A stretch of 64,000 nt of DNA from the human T2T-CHM13v2.0 reference genome, Homo sapiens. Below, in pieces: positions 17,743-35,405 of this stretch (positions are counted from its first letter, which is position 1; every line of letters starts with the position of its first letter). The notes under the pieces are model-generated. The model made no database searches and had not been told where the DNA came from. It was given only the letters and a program-made list of their open reading frames with translations. A program made the position numbers and the translations under genes. Location: the NCBI RefSeq assembly GCF_009914755.1, contig NC_060940.1. The stretch is one strand, 5' to 3'.

Positions 17743-18407
17743 TCATTATTCCTTGAGTATAAGGAAAAAGACAGACGCCCTTGTAGAACTGAGGTGTGGG
17801 GTGGGCTCCATCTTGGGGGCGGGTGTGGAAGGAATTAGCAGATACAGATGATGTGATGGTGTCTCAGGGTACGCCAAAAACATCTCCTGCCCCGAGTCTC
17901 CCCCACTACCGATCAAAGGCCTTGAATAGCACATCACTTATATCTCAGCCATTCACCCTAGAAACATAGCCCGAAGGAACCCTGTAGATGTGTGCGAAGT
18001 TTTCACTTTGAGAACGTTCTTCACTGGAACATTCTTACGGTGAAAATAATTCTTACATTTTTTTCCTCATGATTACAGTGGGGAAAAAATAGGAAACAAC
18101 CTACATGTCTGTGGATTGCTTAAGTGCTTCGTGATACAGCCACAAATAGAAAACCGCCCCGCCTTCCATGCTGCTGCCGAGGAAGACCATCCAAGGACAG
18201 GCAGGAGCGCTCAAGGCATGTTGCTAGGTGAAAAGAACACATAACGAAATAGTGAGGTCCTAACTTTATATTAGAAAAATAAGACCTACATCACAGTGGA
18301 TATATGTATATGCATATAATAGTATAAATATACATTCACACGCATATATATTAACATTTTAACTGCTAACATTTTAGTGGACTTTTTCAGTCTTTATAAA
18401 GTGTGTC

Positions 18408-20224
<1,817 letters not shown>

Positions 20225-20774
20225 TGAGTGTTTTGGGGATGTGGCCAAGGAAAGAAGTGTGTGGAGGAGAGAGGAAAACCTAATATTTGTTGATCGTCTA
20301 CTGTGTGCCAGGCACTGAGATAAAGGCATTATGCACGTTTTTAAAAGCCTCATTTGATTCTCACCACCACCCAGGGAAGTGGATATTGTCATCTCCTGTT
20401 TTAAGCAAGACCCTGAAGTTGGAATTGAATTCAGGCCAATCTGACTCCAAAACCTTTGTTCTTTCTGTATCACCCACGGGGAAGAAAGAGGGAAGGGAAT
20501 GCAGAGGCTGTACCCTGTGCTGGTGTCTTTCACGAGCGCACACTCTGCTCTCAGATAGGCCTGAGTTTTTTTTAAGCCTGTCAGCTTGGGCAGGTTACTT
20601 GGACTCTCTGAATTTCAGTTCCCTCATTTCTAAAATGGGGAAAAATAACAAGATGGGGTCTCTAGCAACATCAGAGTCACATGGGTTGAACGTTCATTAT
20701 CTACAGAGCACAGCATTCCTGAAGAGTTGCAGGTAGTCTTTCAAGACAAACTCTCATTTAAAAAGTTGGGCTCT

Positions 20775-22320
20775 GAGTGTGTGGTGGTGCACACCTGTGG
20801 TCCCAGCTACTCAGGAGGCTGAGGTGGGAGGACTGCTTGAGTCCTGGAGTTCAAGGCTGCAGTGAGCTATGATCGCATCACCACACTCCATCTTGGGTGA
20901 CAGAGAGAGGCACTGTCTCTAAAAAGCACAAATTAAGGCCAGGTGCAGTGGCTCACACCTGTAATCACAGCACTTTGGGAGGCTGAGGCGGGATGATCGC
21001 TTGAGCCCAGGAGTTCAAGACCAGACAGGGCAATGTAGCCAGACCCTGTCTCTACAAAAAATAAAATTAGCTGTGTGTGGCTGTGTGTGCCTTTGTCCCA
21101 GCTACTCAGGAGGATGAGGTGGGGGGATCGGTTTAGCCCAGGGGTTCAAGACTGCAGTGAACTATGATCATACCATTGCACTCCAACCTGGGAGACACAG
21201 TGAGAGCCTGTCGCTAAAAGAAAAAAATTAAAAATACAAAAAATATAAAAACATCAAATTAAAATGAAAAAGTTTTTTTAAAAATTGGGCTTTTGCCGAC
21301 AAACAGTGAAAGGTTACAAGCAAAACCAAACCAAACCAGAGGTTAAGAGGCAACCTGGCTGGAAAATTCCCTGCGCTGCCTGTCAGCTCACCCACCCACC
21401 CACCCTCCACTGGAAGCAGCAGGAACATCAAATCTTTTAGGCAGGCTAGGCCCCTCCCCTATTCTTTCACTGATTTTTCACAACACCAAGAGGCTGAGTC
21501 TGTGATCATCCCATTTTGCAGATGAGGAGACTGAGGCTTGAAGAAATGAAACAGCCTGCCCAAGGCCTCCCAGCTAGTAAATGGGGAGTTAGGGTTCAGA
21601 CTCAGCTCTTTCTGCTTTTAAAACACCTCTTCTTTATAAATTTTTAGTTACTTATTTAGATAAAGGGTCTTGCTCTGTCGTCCAGGGTGGAATGCAGTGA
21701 GGCCGTCATAGCTCACTGCAGCCTCGAACTCCTGAAAGCCCATACTCTCACTGGGACGTTATATGACCTTCCCTCTCGCCACATAAAATGAACTGCAGTA
21801 TTCACAGCTGTCATTTATCCAGCCCTTTGCATGTGCAAGACCGTGAGCTAAATGCTTCCCATGCATAATTCCTTTTCACAGACATCTCTGAGGAAGGTTC
21901 TAGAACATTTCCACTTCATGGCTAAGAAATATCTTCCCTTTTGTCTGGAAATAAGCTAAAATGATACGTGAGCATTCAGAAACAATCCTTTCCTCCCTGT
22001 GTTTTAAAAGGAAGACAGAGAGGCCAGGTGTGGTGGCTCACATCTATAATCCTAGCACTTTGAGAGGCGGAGGTAGGTAGATCACTTGAGGCCAGGAGTT
22101 TGAGACCAGCCTGGCCAACAGGGCAAAAACCCGTCTCTAGTAAAAATACAAAAAATTTAGCCACGTGTGGTGGCGTGCGCCTATAATCCCAGCTACTTGG
22201 GAGGCTGAGGCACAAGAATCATTTGAACCTGGGAGGCGGAGGCTACAGCGAGCTGAGATTATACCATTTCACTCCAGTCTGGGCAACAGAGAGAAACTAT
22301 CCCAAAATAATAATAAAATA
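20775..22320. mobile_element. Alus downstream of exon 2 (sense 20775-20925, 20937-21245, 22022-22320; antisense fragment about 21580-21735)
   Basis: Alu consensus. Confidence 0.85.
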
Positions 22321-22520
22321 AAAGGAAGACAGAGAACATGAGTCTTGCTTTTAAGTAATCAAGATCAAGATCCCTTTGTTTAAAAAAAAAACTACAAAAA
22401 TACAAAAAATTTAAAAATACAAATACAAATTAAAAATTTTAAAAATATATATTTATTTTTATTTACCTAATGGTGCTGCTGCAGGAACAATGGTTACCAC
22501 TGTGCACTTACTGACCTTTA

Positions 22521-22875
22521 CTGTGTGCGCGTGTGTGTGGATATTTGTGTGGATGTGTGTGGATGTGTGTGGATGTGGATGTGTGGATGTGTGTGGGGGT
22601 GTTCGTATGTGGGTGTCTGGATGTGTGTGTATATGTGTATTGTGGATGTGTGTGTGTGGATGTGTGTGGGTGTGTGGATGTGTGTGTGTGGATCTGTGTG
22701 TGTGTATGTGTGTGTGAGGATGTGTGTGTGCATGTGTGGGTGTGTGTGTGGATGTGGGTGTGTATGTGTGCGTGTGGATGTGTGTGCATGTGTGGATGTG
22801 TGTGTGGGTGTGGATGTGTGCGTGTGTGGATGTGGGTATGGATGTATGGATATGTGTGTGTGTATGGATGTGCAC
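22521..22875. repeat. Long degenerate (TG)n/(TGGA) simple repeat
   Basis: About 350 nt of tgtgtgtggatgtgtg. Confidence 0.95.
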
Positions 22876-23574
22876 ATGCCTGTCACTTAGCCCAGGCTTA
22901 AGGACAAGAATAACTAGCATTTCTTAAGAGGCAGCTCTGCAGTAAGCTCTTGACTTGTGATCTCATTGAATGTCCTCATCTAGCCCATGAATCTGACCAC
23001 TTAGGGACAAATGTCAACAGTAGACCCTAGGATAAATCAAATTATCTAAAGGATACAGAAGGACCTGAGTGTTGTTAGGACATAGATCAGGGATTCTGTG
23101 ACATTTTCCAGGGGAGGGACCCCCTTCCAGGCCCCCAGATGTCTTGCTGGAATGGAGTCCTACAGACAGTATTGGATGGTGATGACGCTCCCCAACCAGG
23201 CTCAGCCTTGTATGGTGTGTAGCTTGCCCAGTGGTGCACCTGCCTCATCAATCTCAGAGATAGACGGTGGACACTAAGGCAACCAGGACAAAGGACACAG
23301 TATGCTCAGATCTGCACAAAGTCCTCATCCATCATCCTCAGCCCTCCAGGCCAACAGGCTTTGAGCCAAGGCCCTGCTTGAATTCACTTTCTTGGCTGTT
23401 CCTCAGAGATGGTTTTTCCCGAAGCTGTGGGGCTTATCCTGTGAGTGTGTCCTGTTCTTATCTCCATTTTGGATGGGAAGTAATGGGAGGTTACAAAATT
23501 TGCCTGATGCTGCATTAGCTAATAAGTAGCCAAGCTAGGATGCAGTCTGACTCCAGAATGTTTATTAAGTGAAT

Positions 23575-23680
23575 CAGGGAAGGAGGGAAGGGAGTGGGAG
23601 AGAAGGGAGGGGGAGAGGGAGGGGAGAGGCGGACAGGGGAAGGGAGGGAAGGGAGGAAAGAAAAGGAGGAAGGAAGGAAG
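23575..23680. repeat. G-rich polypurine tract (GGGA/GGAA)
   Basis: Many GGG runs; G4/H-DNA potential. Confidence 0.8.
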
Positions 23681-23864
23681 CTTTGAGTATAAACTACCAA
23701 GATAATTCCTTCAAGTTTATAAACTCCATGAGGGCAGAGACCTTATCCAATTTCCTCACAACGTCTTCCCAGCATTTGGAACAATGCCTGGCACTGAGTG
23801 TCATGAATATTTGTCAAATGTGCAATAAATTATTCTTTCTCACTCCATCCTTACCCCAACAATC

Positions 23865-23869
<5 letters not shown>

Positions 23870-23915
<46 letters not shown>
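23870..23915. repeat. (CA)n microsatellite
   Basis: Pure CA run of about 22 units. Confidence 0.95.
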
Positions 23916-23918
<3 letters not shown>

Positions 23919-24199
23919 AGACACTCTTGGCACAGAGTAGGAGAGAAAAAAATTTCAGACCCTACTGATCATTTTCAGGCTCAGGCGAGGAAGCTTTAAG
24001 TGACAGGAATGTGACAGCCCTGGGCTGAAAGACTCCCGGTGGCCGTAGTGTAATAGCCGCGGTGAGATTTGTTTTGTCACACCTGCTGCGAAGTAATCAC
24101 CTTAATGCCCATCAGCTGCTGCAGAGACCATGTGAGTCAGCCCCTATTTCATGGTTGAGAATGTGTCTCACTTCCAATGCTTCTCGCAGCATTAACTCT

Positions 24200-24490
<291 letters not shown>

Positions 24491-25250
24491 TGCATTGACT
24501 CTTTTAAGCATGAGTCCGGGGGGGACTGCCTGCCCCAGCCCCAAAGCTCTGGCACCCTCACATTTAGATTATTTCATGGGCTTCCTTTTTCTCAGCTGAT
24601 TTAACTTGTCCTTTCCCCCAAGATCCACAGCCCCTGCCTGTTCTTCCTCTTTTCCTGCCACGACAGTGAGGAAGAAGAGGAGGGAGATTTCCCTACTCCC
24701 AGGGAATGGTGAGAACTCGGGAGATGTGGGATCAGAGGTCATCATCCTGGCTCTCTGACGTCCTTGGTCTGTGACCTTGGACACATGAGGGAGCACACAG
24801 AGTTGCTGTTTCCCGCGGGCACTGATATGCCACCCTGAGTGCTACGTCCCCTGCATGCATTCACCCCTTAATTTTAGCTTCTTGAGTCCTCGCAAGAACC
24901 CCAATAGAGTAAGTTCTATCTCTTTTATTTTATGAATGAGGAAATTGAGGTCGGAGAGGCAAAGTGACTTGTTCGAGGTCACCAGCTAGGATAAAGTAGT
25001 ACCAGGATTTGAACCCAAGGTGTCTGTCTCGTGGGGGCAGAGCCCTTAACCTTAAGCTGTTCTGTTATCTTTATTCTCAATGCCAGGACCCCTTTTCTCT
25101 TTGCCTTACTCTTTTACAACGCAAGGACAAACCCCCGATTAGATGCCCCCAGTCCCACACTTGGTCTTGTCTTGTTCTGCAATGTTGAATTGTGTGTGGT
25201 GGAACTTGGACAGATTTTACTAAGTCAGGCTTTGGACTTTTCTGTACCAT

Positions 25251-26055
25251 TGAAACTGACCCAATAGTCCCATCATAGATGTTCTTTTTTTTTTTTTTTT
25301 TTTTTGAGACAAGAGTCTCGATCTGCCACCCAGGCTGGAGTGCAGTGGGGCACGATCTGGACTCACTACAAGCTCCACCTCCCGGGTTCACGCCATTCTC
25401 CTGCCTCAGCCTCCCGAGTAGCTGGGACTACAGGCGCCCGCCACCACGCCTGGCTAACTTTTTTTTGTATTTTTTAGTAGAGACGGGGTTTCACCGTGTT
25501 AGCCAGGATGGTCTCGATCTCCTGACCTCGTGATCCTCCCGCCTCGGCCTCCCAAAGTGCTGGGATTACAGGCATGAGCCACTGCACCCGGCCCATAGAT
25601 ACTCTTTTGGATAAATACAGAAGTTGACCTTTCTGATCTTAAAGCTTGAAGCCCTCATTTGTCTTATCTGAGTTATTTCCTCAGGAAGGGACCCCCAGGC
25701 CTCTCAAAAAATATCAAAGAACTGAAACTCACCAGATTACCACATCCAGAGATGAGATACCAGACCCCTCATTCATCATGATTGCTTCCTTGCTCCTCCC
25801 GAGTTCCTGTTTTCTTCATGATTGCTTCCTTGCTCCTCCCGAGTTCCTGTTTTCTTATACATTGTTACATTTCTTCCCTGCTATGTAAACTCCTAGTTTT
25901 AGTTGGTCAGGGAGATGGATTTGAGACTGAGCTCCCATCTCCTTGGCTGCAGCACGCAATTAAAATCTTCCTTGGCAATACTCATCTTGTCAGTGATGGG
26001 CTTTCTATGCGGCGAGCAGCAGGACCTAGACCAAACCCCTGGTGTTTCAGTATCA
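25251..26055 (+). mobile_element. ERV1 solo LTR (LTR26-like) with antisense AluY (about 25285-25593) and an internal 40-bp tandem duplication
   Basis: tgaaactg...cagtatca with TSD ccat (25247-25250 and 26056-26059). Confidence 0.85.
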
Positions 26056-27239
26056 CCATTTCTCTGCACATAAACTGTTTATTTCAGAGACCAAAATGAT
26101 GAGCTCCAATGCAGACAGTCAAAGTTTGTGAAGTCAATCTGCTGGGAATGTGCTGTAGAAAAAGAACCCGGTTCCCGTAATAACTCTTAAGGCCCACAAC
26201 AGTTGGCATTTACAGACCCCTTATTGTGGACCTAGGCTTGTGCTAAGCCCTTTACACACATGCTCACATAACCCACATCAAATGCTTACTAACAGAAAGA
26301 TGCATCAGGAACCACCCCAACCCAGGACACCCACTTGCCCTGAATCAGGCCCAGGAGGTCAAGTTCACAGACCAGCCATAAGTGAGCTCCCAGCAGGCAG
26401 GTGTGAACTCTGAGTGTGCTCCTCACTCTGAATTTCCAGTGTGTGTTCCCTTGCTGACTTCCCTTTGCTTGACCCCTGGTTTCCAATGTGCAAAATGGCA
26501 TTTAGAGATCTCTTTCTTGAGGCTTGGCAATTTTATCAACTTTACTGGAACAGGGCAGTAACACAAAACTGCCTCCGGAAAACAGGCAGCAAACATCTGG
26601 CAGATAATGCTTGAAACGCCTGTGTTTTCTCACTTCTTGACCCTATGTTCCACCCACCTCCTAGTACCTCCCACTGCTACCCCATCTCCCTACCCATCCT
26701 GCCCCCATCTTACTGCAGGCAAGAACTCTCAGAGGCTGTCAACAACCTCAGACTCATTTTCTCGCCTTCCTTCCAGCACTGAATCACATCATTAGTTTTT
26801 AATAATTCTTCTTGCAGCCCCTCTGGCTCGCTTCAGCTTTTCCACATCTAGTCTACCAACCCGCTCCTGCTGTTTATCTGGGTTTCAGATAATTAAGTAT
26901 CTTTGGCCTCCACATGGGGCAGGGGTGTGGTTATCTTCCTTTTACACCCGCTTGCTGGATTTTCATAAAAAGGGATAGCATGCCCTGCCACTCAGCTTGC
27001 TCTGGGCAAAAGCAGGTTTTAATCAGCCAGAGACAGAACTGCAGCAGGCAGGGAAGGTAGGCGTGCGAAGGACATATTTCAAGAGCACAGCCTTTGAGTT
27101 CCAATATTTCCAGAGCCTGGGCTTGAAATCCAGTAACTTCGTTTTATTAAGAGGTACCAAGTGTGGTAAAGAGGACAGGCCCTGGGAACCTGGCAGAGAT
27201 TCAAAATGGGGTAATAGTGCATGCATTGTGTTGAAAACC

Positions 27240-27261
27240 ACACACACACACACACACACAC
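27240..27261. repeat. (CA)n microsatellite
   Basis: About 11 CA units. Confidence 0.85.
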
Positions 27262-27484
27262 GGAAAGTGTGTGCATTGTAGATAGCAGTTCTTTTAAAAC
27301 ATTTTCTATGCTGGCTAGTTTTCTAGTGTTTTATTGTTTTGATTCATATAATCCTCACTATCACCATCCAGGCAGAAAATATCACATAGCCTTTATTTTA
27401 TAGATGAGGAAACTGAGGCACTGAGAGGTCAAGTCTCTTGCCCATGGTTGTACAGTTTCCATGAAATAGCATTCTAAGTCCAGA

Positions 27485-28338
27485 TGAAATGGGAAAAGTT
27501 CCCTTGTCCCCCTCGCAGGGTGTGTGATGTCGGAGTGGCTCGCTTCTTCAGTGCCCCGCTGCTCAAACCTCTAGGGGACCATAGAGATGGGCCAGTTGTC
27601 GGGATCTGATCCCACGGCAGTGTCTAGGGGTGGATGTTTACAACTCCTGAAGCTTCAGTGTGTGTGTGTTACATGGTGCTCTTTTAGTTTTGCTATCTAT
27701 AGGCGGCTTGTGTTAACTAGCTCAATTAGACCCTCTACGTTGTCCCAAGGACAGAGGGCTTTCTGTATCCTGGGTTCTTGCCTTGGTGCACCAGAAGAAT
27801 CGGATCACACCTGGACTTGGAGAATGAGAGCAAGGTTTTATTGAGTGGAGGTAGCTCTCAGCAGATGGGGGAAGCCAGAAGGGGATGGAGTGGGAAGGTT
27901 TCCCCCTGGAGTCAGGCCGCCCAGCAGCCTGGGCACTCCTCCGACTGCCCAGGCCAAACTCCACTTTGTTCCGCCAGTAGATGGCCTGCCAGCATCTGTC
28001 ATGTGCTCTTCTGCCAGCGTGTTCCTCTTGACGTCTTCTTGACATCCAGACGCTTGTGTCTTCTTTGCCGATCTGCAGCTCTTGACGTCCAGCAGCTTGT
28101 GTGTCACCTGCTAGGGTCTTGGGGTTTTTATAGATACAGGATGGGGGCATGGCAGGCCAGGGTGGTCTTGGGAAATGCAACATTTGGGCAGGAAAACAAA
28201 AATGCCTGTCCTCACCTAGGACTGTGGGCACAGGCGTGGGGGTGGAGCCCTTACCAGGGACCACACCCTCCTCTACCCAGCACTTCCCTTCCTTCCTTCT
28301 GTAGCATTTAAAGCGACCATGCCCTTCCCTTCCTATCA
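27485..28338 (-). mobile_element. ERV1 solo LTR, LTR1/LTR28/MER52 group
   Basis: tgaaatgggaaaagttcccttgtccccctcgcaggg...gaagaatcggatcacac...tcctatca. Confidence 0.8.
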
Positions 28339-29293
28339 CCTCTCTTGCATATCACAGAGTCCATGGTCTCAGTCATCAAGCTGTGGGGTCTCTCAACTAG
28401 CTTTGAATTCTACTTCTTACCAACTGTGTGGCCTGGAGCAAATACTTTGTCCTGTTTCAGCCTCGGCTTCCCCATCAGTACAAGGGGGACAGTGATATCT
28501 CCCTGCAGCATCATAGCAAGGGATGAAAACAGACACAGGTATGAAATTGGGTGGCCCTTCCTAGGTAGTAAGCAATTCAAAATTCCCTTCTTTCCTTTCA
28601 TTGTTAACATTGTGCTTCGTGGGAGAGTAGGGCATCAGGGCTGCTTATGGTTGTCTCCAGAGAATTCCCAGAAAATATTCCTCTCCCCAAGAGAAGATGG
28701 GATTCACTGTGGTTTCCTTGAGACCCTCTTGGGAGGTGCCAACTCTCTTGAGAGTGGCTCTCAACCATTAAGTGCAACTCTACCCTGGGGCCTTGATTTT
28801 ATTATGATGATTATTTAAGATTTTTTTATAAACCTGCATTTTTTCCCCTTTAATGAGCTGATAATTCTGAAGTCTGTTAGGAAGAGCTTCAAGCCAAGGG
28901 CAAAATGAAGCATGTGCGTTTATGTAACTTGACACATTTCAGCCACATTCAGGAGCTCTGCGTCACTTTAGTTGCACACAGGGTTTTAAATAGCATCTTC
29001 CAGGAACAGGTCACCATTGCCGGGGCCACTGTACATATCGGATGGGAAGAGATGCCCTTAATTGCAGAAGATCTAAGAAGCAGTTTGTCTTGGACAAAAT
29101 ATACAAGAAGTTGGGGTGTAGGGGAGGGAAAGGAAGGAAGAAGAAACGGAGAGACTAAAGGGAGGAGAGAGGAGGGAGAATTTCTAAGCTAGACTTCTGA
29201 ATGGAAGGACCCTCCTCCTGAATTTCTAAATGTACTGGGAGGTGGGGAGGAAGGTGGGAATCTGTGTTGATTGAATGGAGAAATACATGTTAG

Positions 29294-29600
29294 TCTGGGC
29301 GCAGTGGCTCATACCTGTAATCCCAGCACTTTGGGAGGCTGAGGCAGGTGGATCACCTGAAATCAGGAGTTCCAGACCAGCCTGGCCAACATGGCAAAAC
29401 CCCATCTCTACTAAAAATACAAAAAAATTAGCTAGGCATGGTGGTGTGCACCTGAAATCCCAGCTACTCGAGAGGCTTGAGGCACAAGAGTTGCTTTAAC
29501 CTGGGAGGCAGAGGTTTCCATGAGCCAAGATTGTGCCACTGCATTCCAGCCTGGGTGACAGAATGAGACTCTGTGTCAAAGAAAATAAATAAATCAAATA
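29294..29600 (+). mobile_element. AluS
   Basis: Alu consensus. Confidence 0.88.
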
Positions 29601-29786
29601 AATGTTCTGTACTTGACAAGCTCTTGCTGCTACGAGTTGCCTTTCATGGTCAGAACAAGTTTCGAGAAGGAAAATACTCTCTAGAAGTTCCGTCTTCCTA
29701 GAACTGTATTACATTCTGCTCAGAGGACCACCTCTGAACCACCTAGACTCCATTGGGTTGGGAGGGAGATTACCATGTAAGACCCT

Positions 29787-30637
<851 letters not shown>

Positions 30638-30794
30638 TCATTTGGATAGTTTATCAGGTTAGCAAAGACCTAGCAAGTTGGATAAAATGAAAATATAGGG
30701 AAATTGGCCTTATCTCTTTGGAAAACAGTTCATTGTTACCTAGTAAAGATGAACAGGTGATTATAACCTGCAGTTTTGCTCCTGGGTCTACCCC

Positions 30795-30995
30795 TGGTTA
30801 GCCAGTAGCTTCATGTGGCTATTTCAGTTTAAATTAATTAAAATTAAATAGCATGTAAAATTCAGTCTCTCGGTAGCCTGAGCCATATTTCAAGCACTCA
30901 TTAGTAAATAATGGCTAGTGGCTACCCTATTGGAAAGCATACATTTGTATAGGACATTTCTATTGTTGTAGAACATTCTATTCACCAGCACTGCC
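30795..30995. mobile_element. MER3-like hAT element within L1M fragments
   Basis: tagccagtagcttcatgtggcta...agccatatttcaagcactc...gtggctacc...ttctatt. Confidence 0.65.
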
Positions 30996-30999
30996 CTAG

Positions 31000-32465
<1,466 letters not shown>

Positions 32466-32887
32466 GACACACATTTCTAAGGGGAAAATGCTGAGAAAGA
32501 CAGGCAGGGGAAGGTACAGTATCTGATATCTCCACTTAAATGTCTCAAAGATACCTGTAACTCAATCTGTCCAAGTCAAACTCATGATCCCCCCATCTAG
32601 TCCCAATACCCACCAGCCCTAGCTCAGCAAATGGTCAAGCATCACCATCTATCCATGGAAATCTCAAATTCCAAAATTAGACATCATTCTTGACCCCTCC
32701 CAACCCTCCACCTCATATATTCAGTTCATCATCAACTGGTGTTTGTTTTACCTCCTAAAATAATGCTCAGCTGTCCATCTTTCTCCATCTCCATGGCCAC
32801 CACCCAGGTTCACATGCCCATCTCTGTCCTGCAGCCAGAGGGATTTTCTCACCATGTGAATCTGATTATAACTCTCAGATTTAAACA

Positions 32888-33258
32888 CTGTCTTAGTCCG
32901 TTCCTGTTGCTGTAACAAAATTCCTTAGACTGGGTAATTTATAAATAGAAATTTAATTCTCACAGTTCTGGAGTCTGGCTGGGAAGTCCAAGATGAAGAT
33001 GCCAGCAGATTCCATACTTAGAAGGGCTCATTCTCTGCTTCCAAGATGGCGCCTTGCTTCTGTGATCTCCAGAGAGGAAGGGCACCGTCTTCTCACAAGC
33101 AGAATGGACAGAAGGGCAAAAAGGACTGAACTTGCTCTCTCGAGCACTTTTGTTAGTGCACTGATCCCACCTCCTAATGGCCCTCACCCCTTAATACTAT
33201 TGCATTGGAAATTAAGTTTCAACATGAATTTTGAAGAGTCATAAACATTTACACCATA
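32888..33258 (-). mobile_element. MST/MLT1A-type MaLR LTR
   Basis: tgtcttagtccgttcctgttgctgtaacaaaa...tttcaacatgaattttg...accatagca. Confidence 0.8.
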
Positions 33259-33529
33259 GCAAACACCTTCCAGAATTTGTTAGCATGATAAAGCCCATGA
33301 GATCTTGCTGGATCTGCTCACACCTCTTCTCCAACTTCTTTTCTTCATCCATTCCTCACCCCCAGCTCCCTCCCTTACACACACACACCACTCCCTTGGG
33401 CCTCCTTTTAGTCTCCACCTCCCCACCCCCCGATACACACACCAGGTCCCCTCCTGCCGTGGGGGCCTTTTTGTTTGTGATGTTCCCTCTGCCTGGATCC
33501 CTCTCCTCCCACCCCCCTCTCCTTCCCTG

Positions 33530-34199
<670 letters not shown>

Positions 34200-34988
34200 C
34201 CTGATAAACTCTGTCCCCTCGAGGACTGAGATCTAGGGCATTTCTGGAGGGACACCTTCCCAGCACTTCCCCAGTCCCTGTCCCATTACCATCCCTGCAA
34301 TCCTTTCCTTAGAAGCCTTTTGTAAATTTGTGTTCATTGGTGTGAGTGTATGTTCAATATCTGACTCTCCTCCTAGATGCTGACCTCCATGAGGACAGAG
34401 GCTGAGCTATTTTCACTCCCAAAAATGTTGACGGTACCCAGCACACAGCCAAACTCAGCGTAGGCACTCTGAGTGAAGATTGATTGAATGAATTAATGAG
34501 GGCTCATCTTCCTGCTTCTCCCACGGTCACATAATCTCAAGGGTTCCCTTCCATGTGGCAGGTCTGGGTGGTGAGAACTGCCTGGCTCTCTGATGGTTAG
34601 GGTGAACAGTGGGTCCATTCATAGGAAGGAACAGAGTGATAATGCAGCTAAGTGCGTTATTTTCCTGTGGCTACTGTAACAAACAGCTGCAAATGTGTTA
34701 AAACAACACACATTTCTTTTATCTTACAGTTCTGGAGGCTGGAAGTCTGAAATCGATTTCACTGAGCTGAAATCAGGTGTTGGCAGAGCCGTGCTTTCTG
34801 GAGGCTCTAGAGGAGAAGCCTCTTCCTCATTCATTCCAGCTTCTAGAACCGTACTCTTTGCATTTCTTGGCTTGTGTTTCCCTCCTCCATCTCCGAAGCC
34901 AGCAGCATGGCATAGTCCAGTCCCTCTCGATTGAGGTCATCCTGTCGCCTTTGCTCTTCTGTGTCAAATCCCTCTGTTTTTCTCTTAA

Positions 34989-35114
34989 ATGTATGCCTAG
35001 CATTCCATTATTGGAACACTAAGCATGTGGGAGTTATTTATATGCTACTTCTCAAGGCTATCACCAGGTCTGATTTCTCAAATTCAAAAAATTGCAACCT
35101 CAGGCATAAATGGG
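34989..35114 (+). mobile_element. MER85 (piggyBac PGBD3-family MITE)
   Basis: tatgcctag..ttccattattggaac.ctaagcatgtgggagttatttatat...aattcaaaaaattgcaacctcaggcataaatggg; TTAA at 34985-34988. Confidence 0.85.
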
Positions 35115-35405
35115 TAGGGGCACTTGTGATGACATTGAGGGCCCACCTGGATAACCCAGGATGATCTCCCCATCTCAGGACCCCTTAATTTAATCACATC
35201 TGCAAATTTCCTTTTTAAAAATATATATTTTTCAGAGACGAAGTCTTGCTCTGTTGTCCAGGCTGGAGTGCAGTGACACGGTCATAGCTCATTGCTTCCT
35301 TTAATTCCTGGGCTCAAACAATCTTACTGCCTCAGCCTCCCAAGAAGCTGGGACCACAGGCACGTGCCACCACACATAGCTAATTTTTGAATTTTGTAGA
35401 GATGG

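Noticed and set aside
22459-22927. His/Thr- and Cys/Val-rich ORFs
   Set aside because: Translations of the TG simple repeat.
27722-28339. 205-aa and 177-aa ORFs
   Set aside because: Entirely inside an ERV1 solo LTR, with no gag/pol/env motifs.
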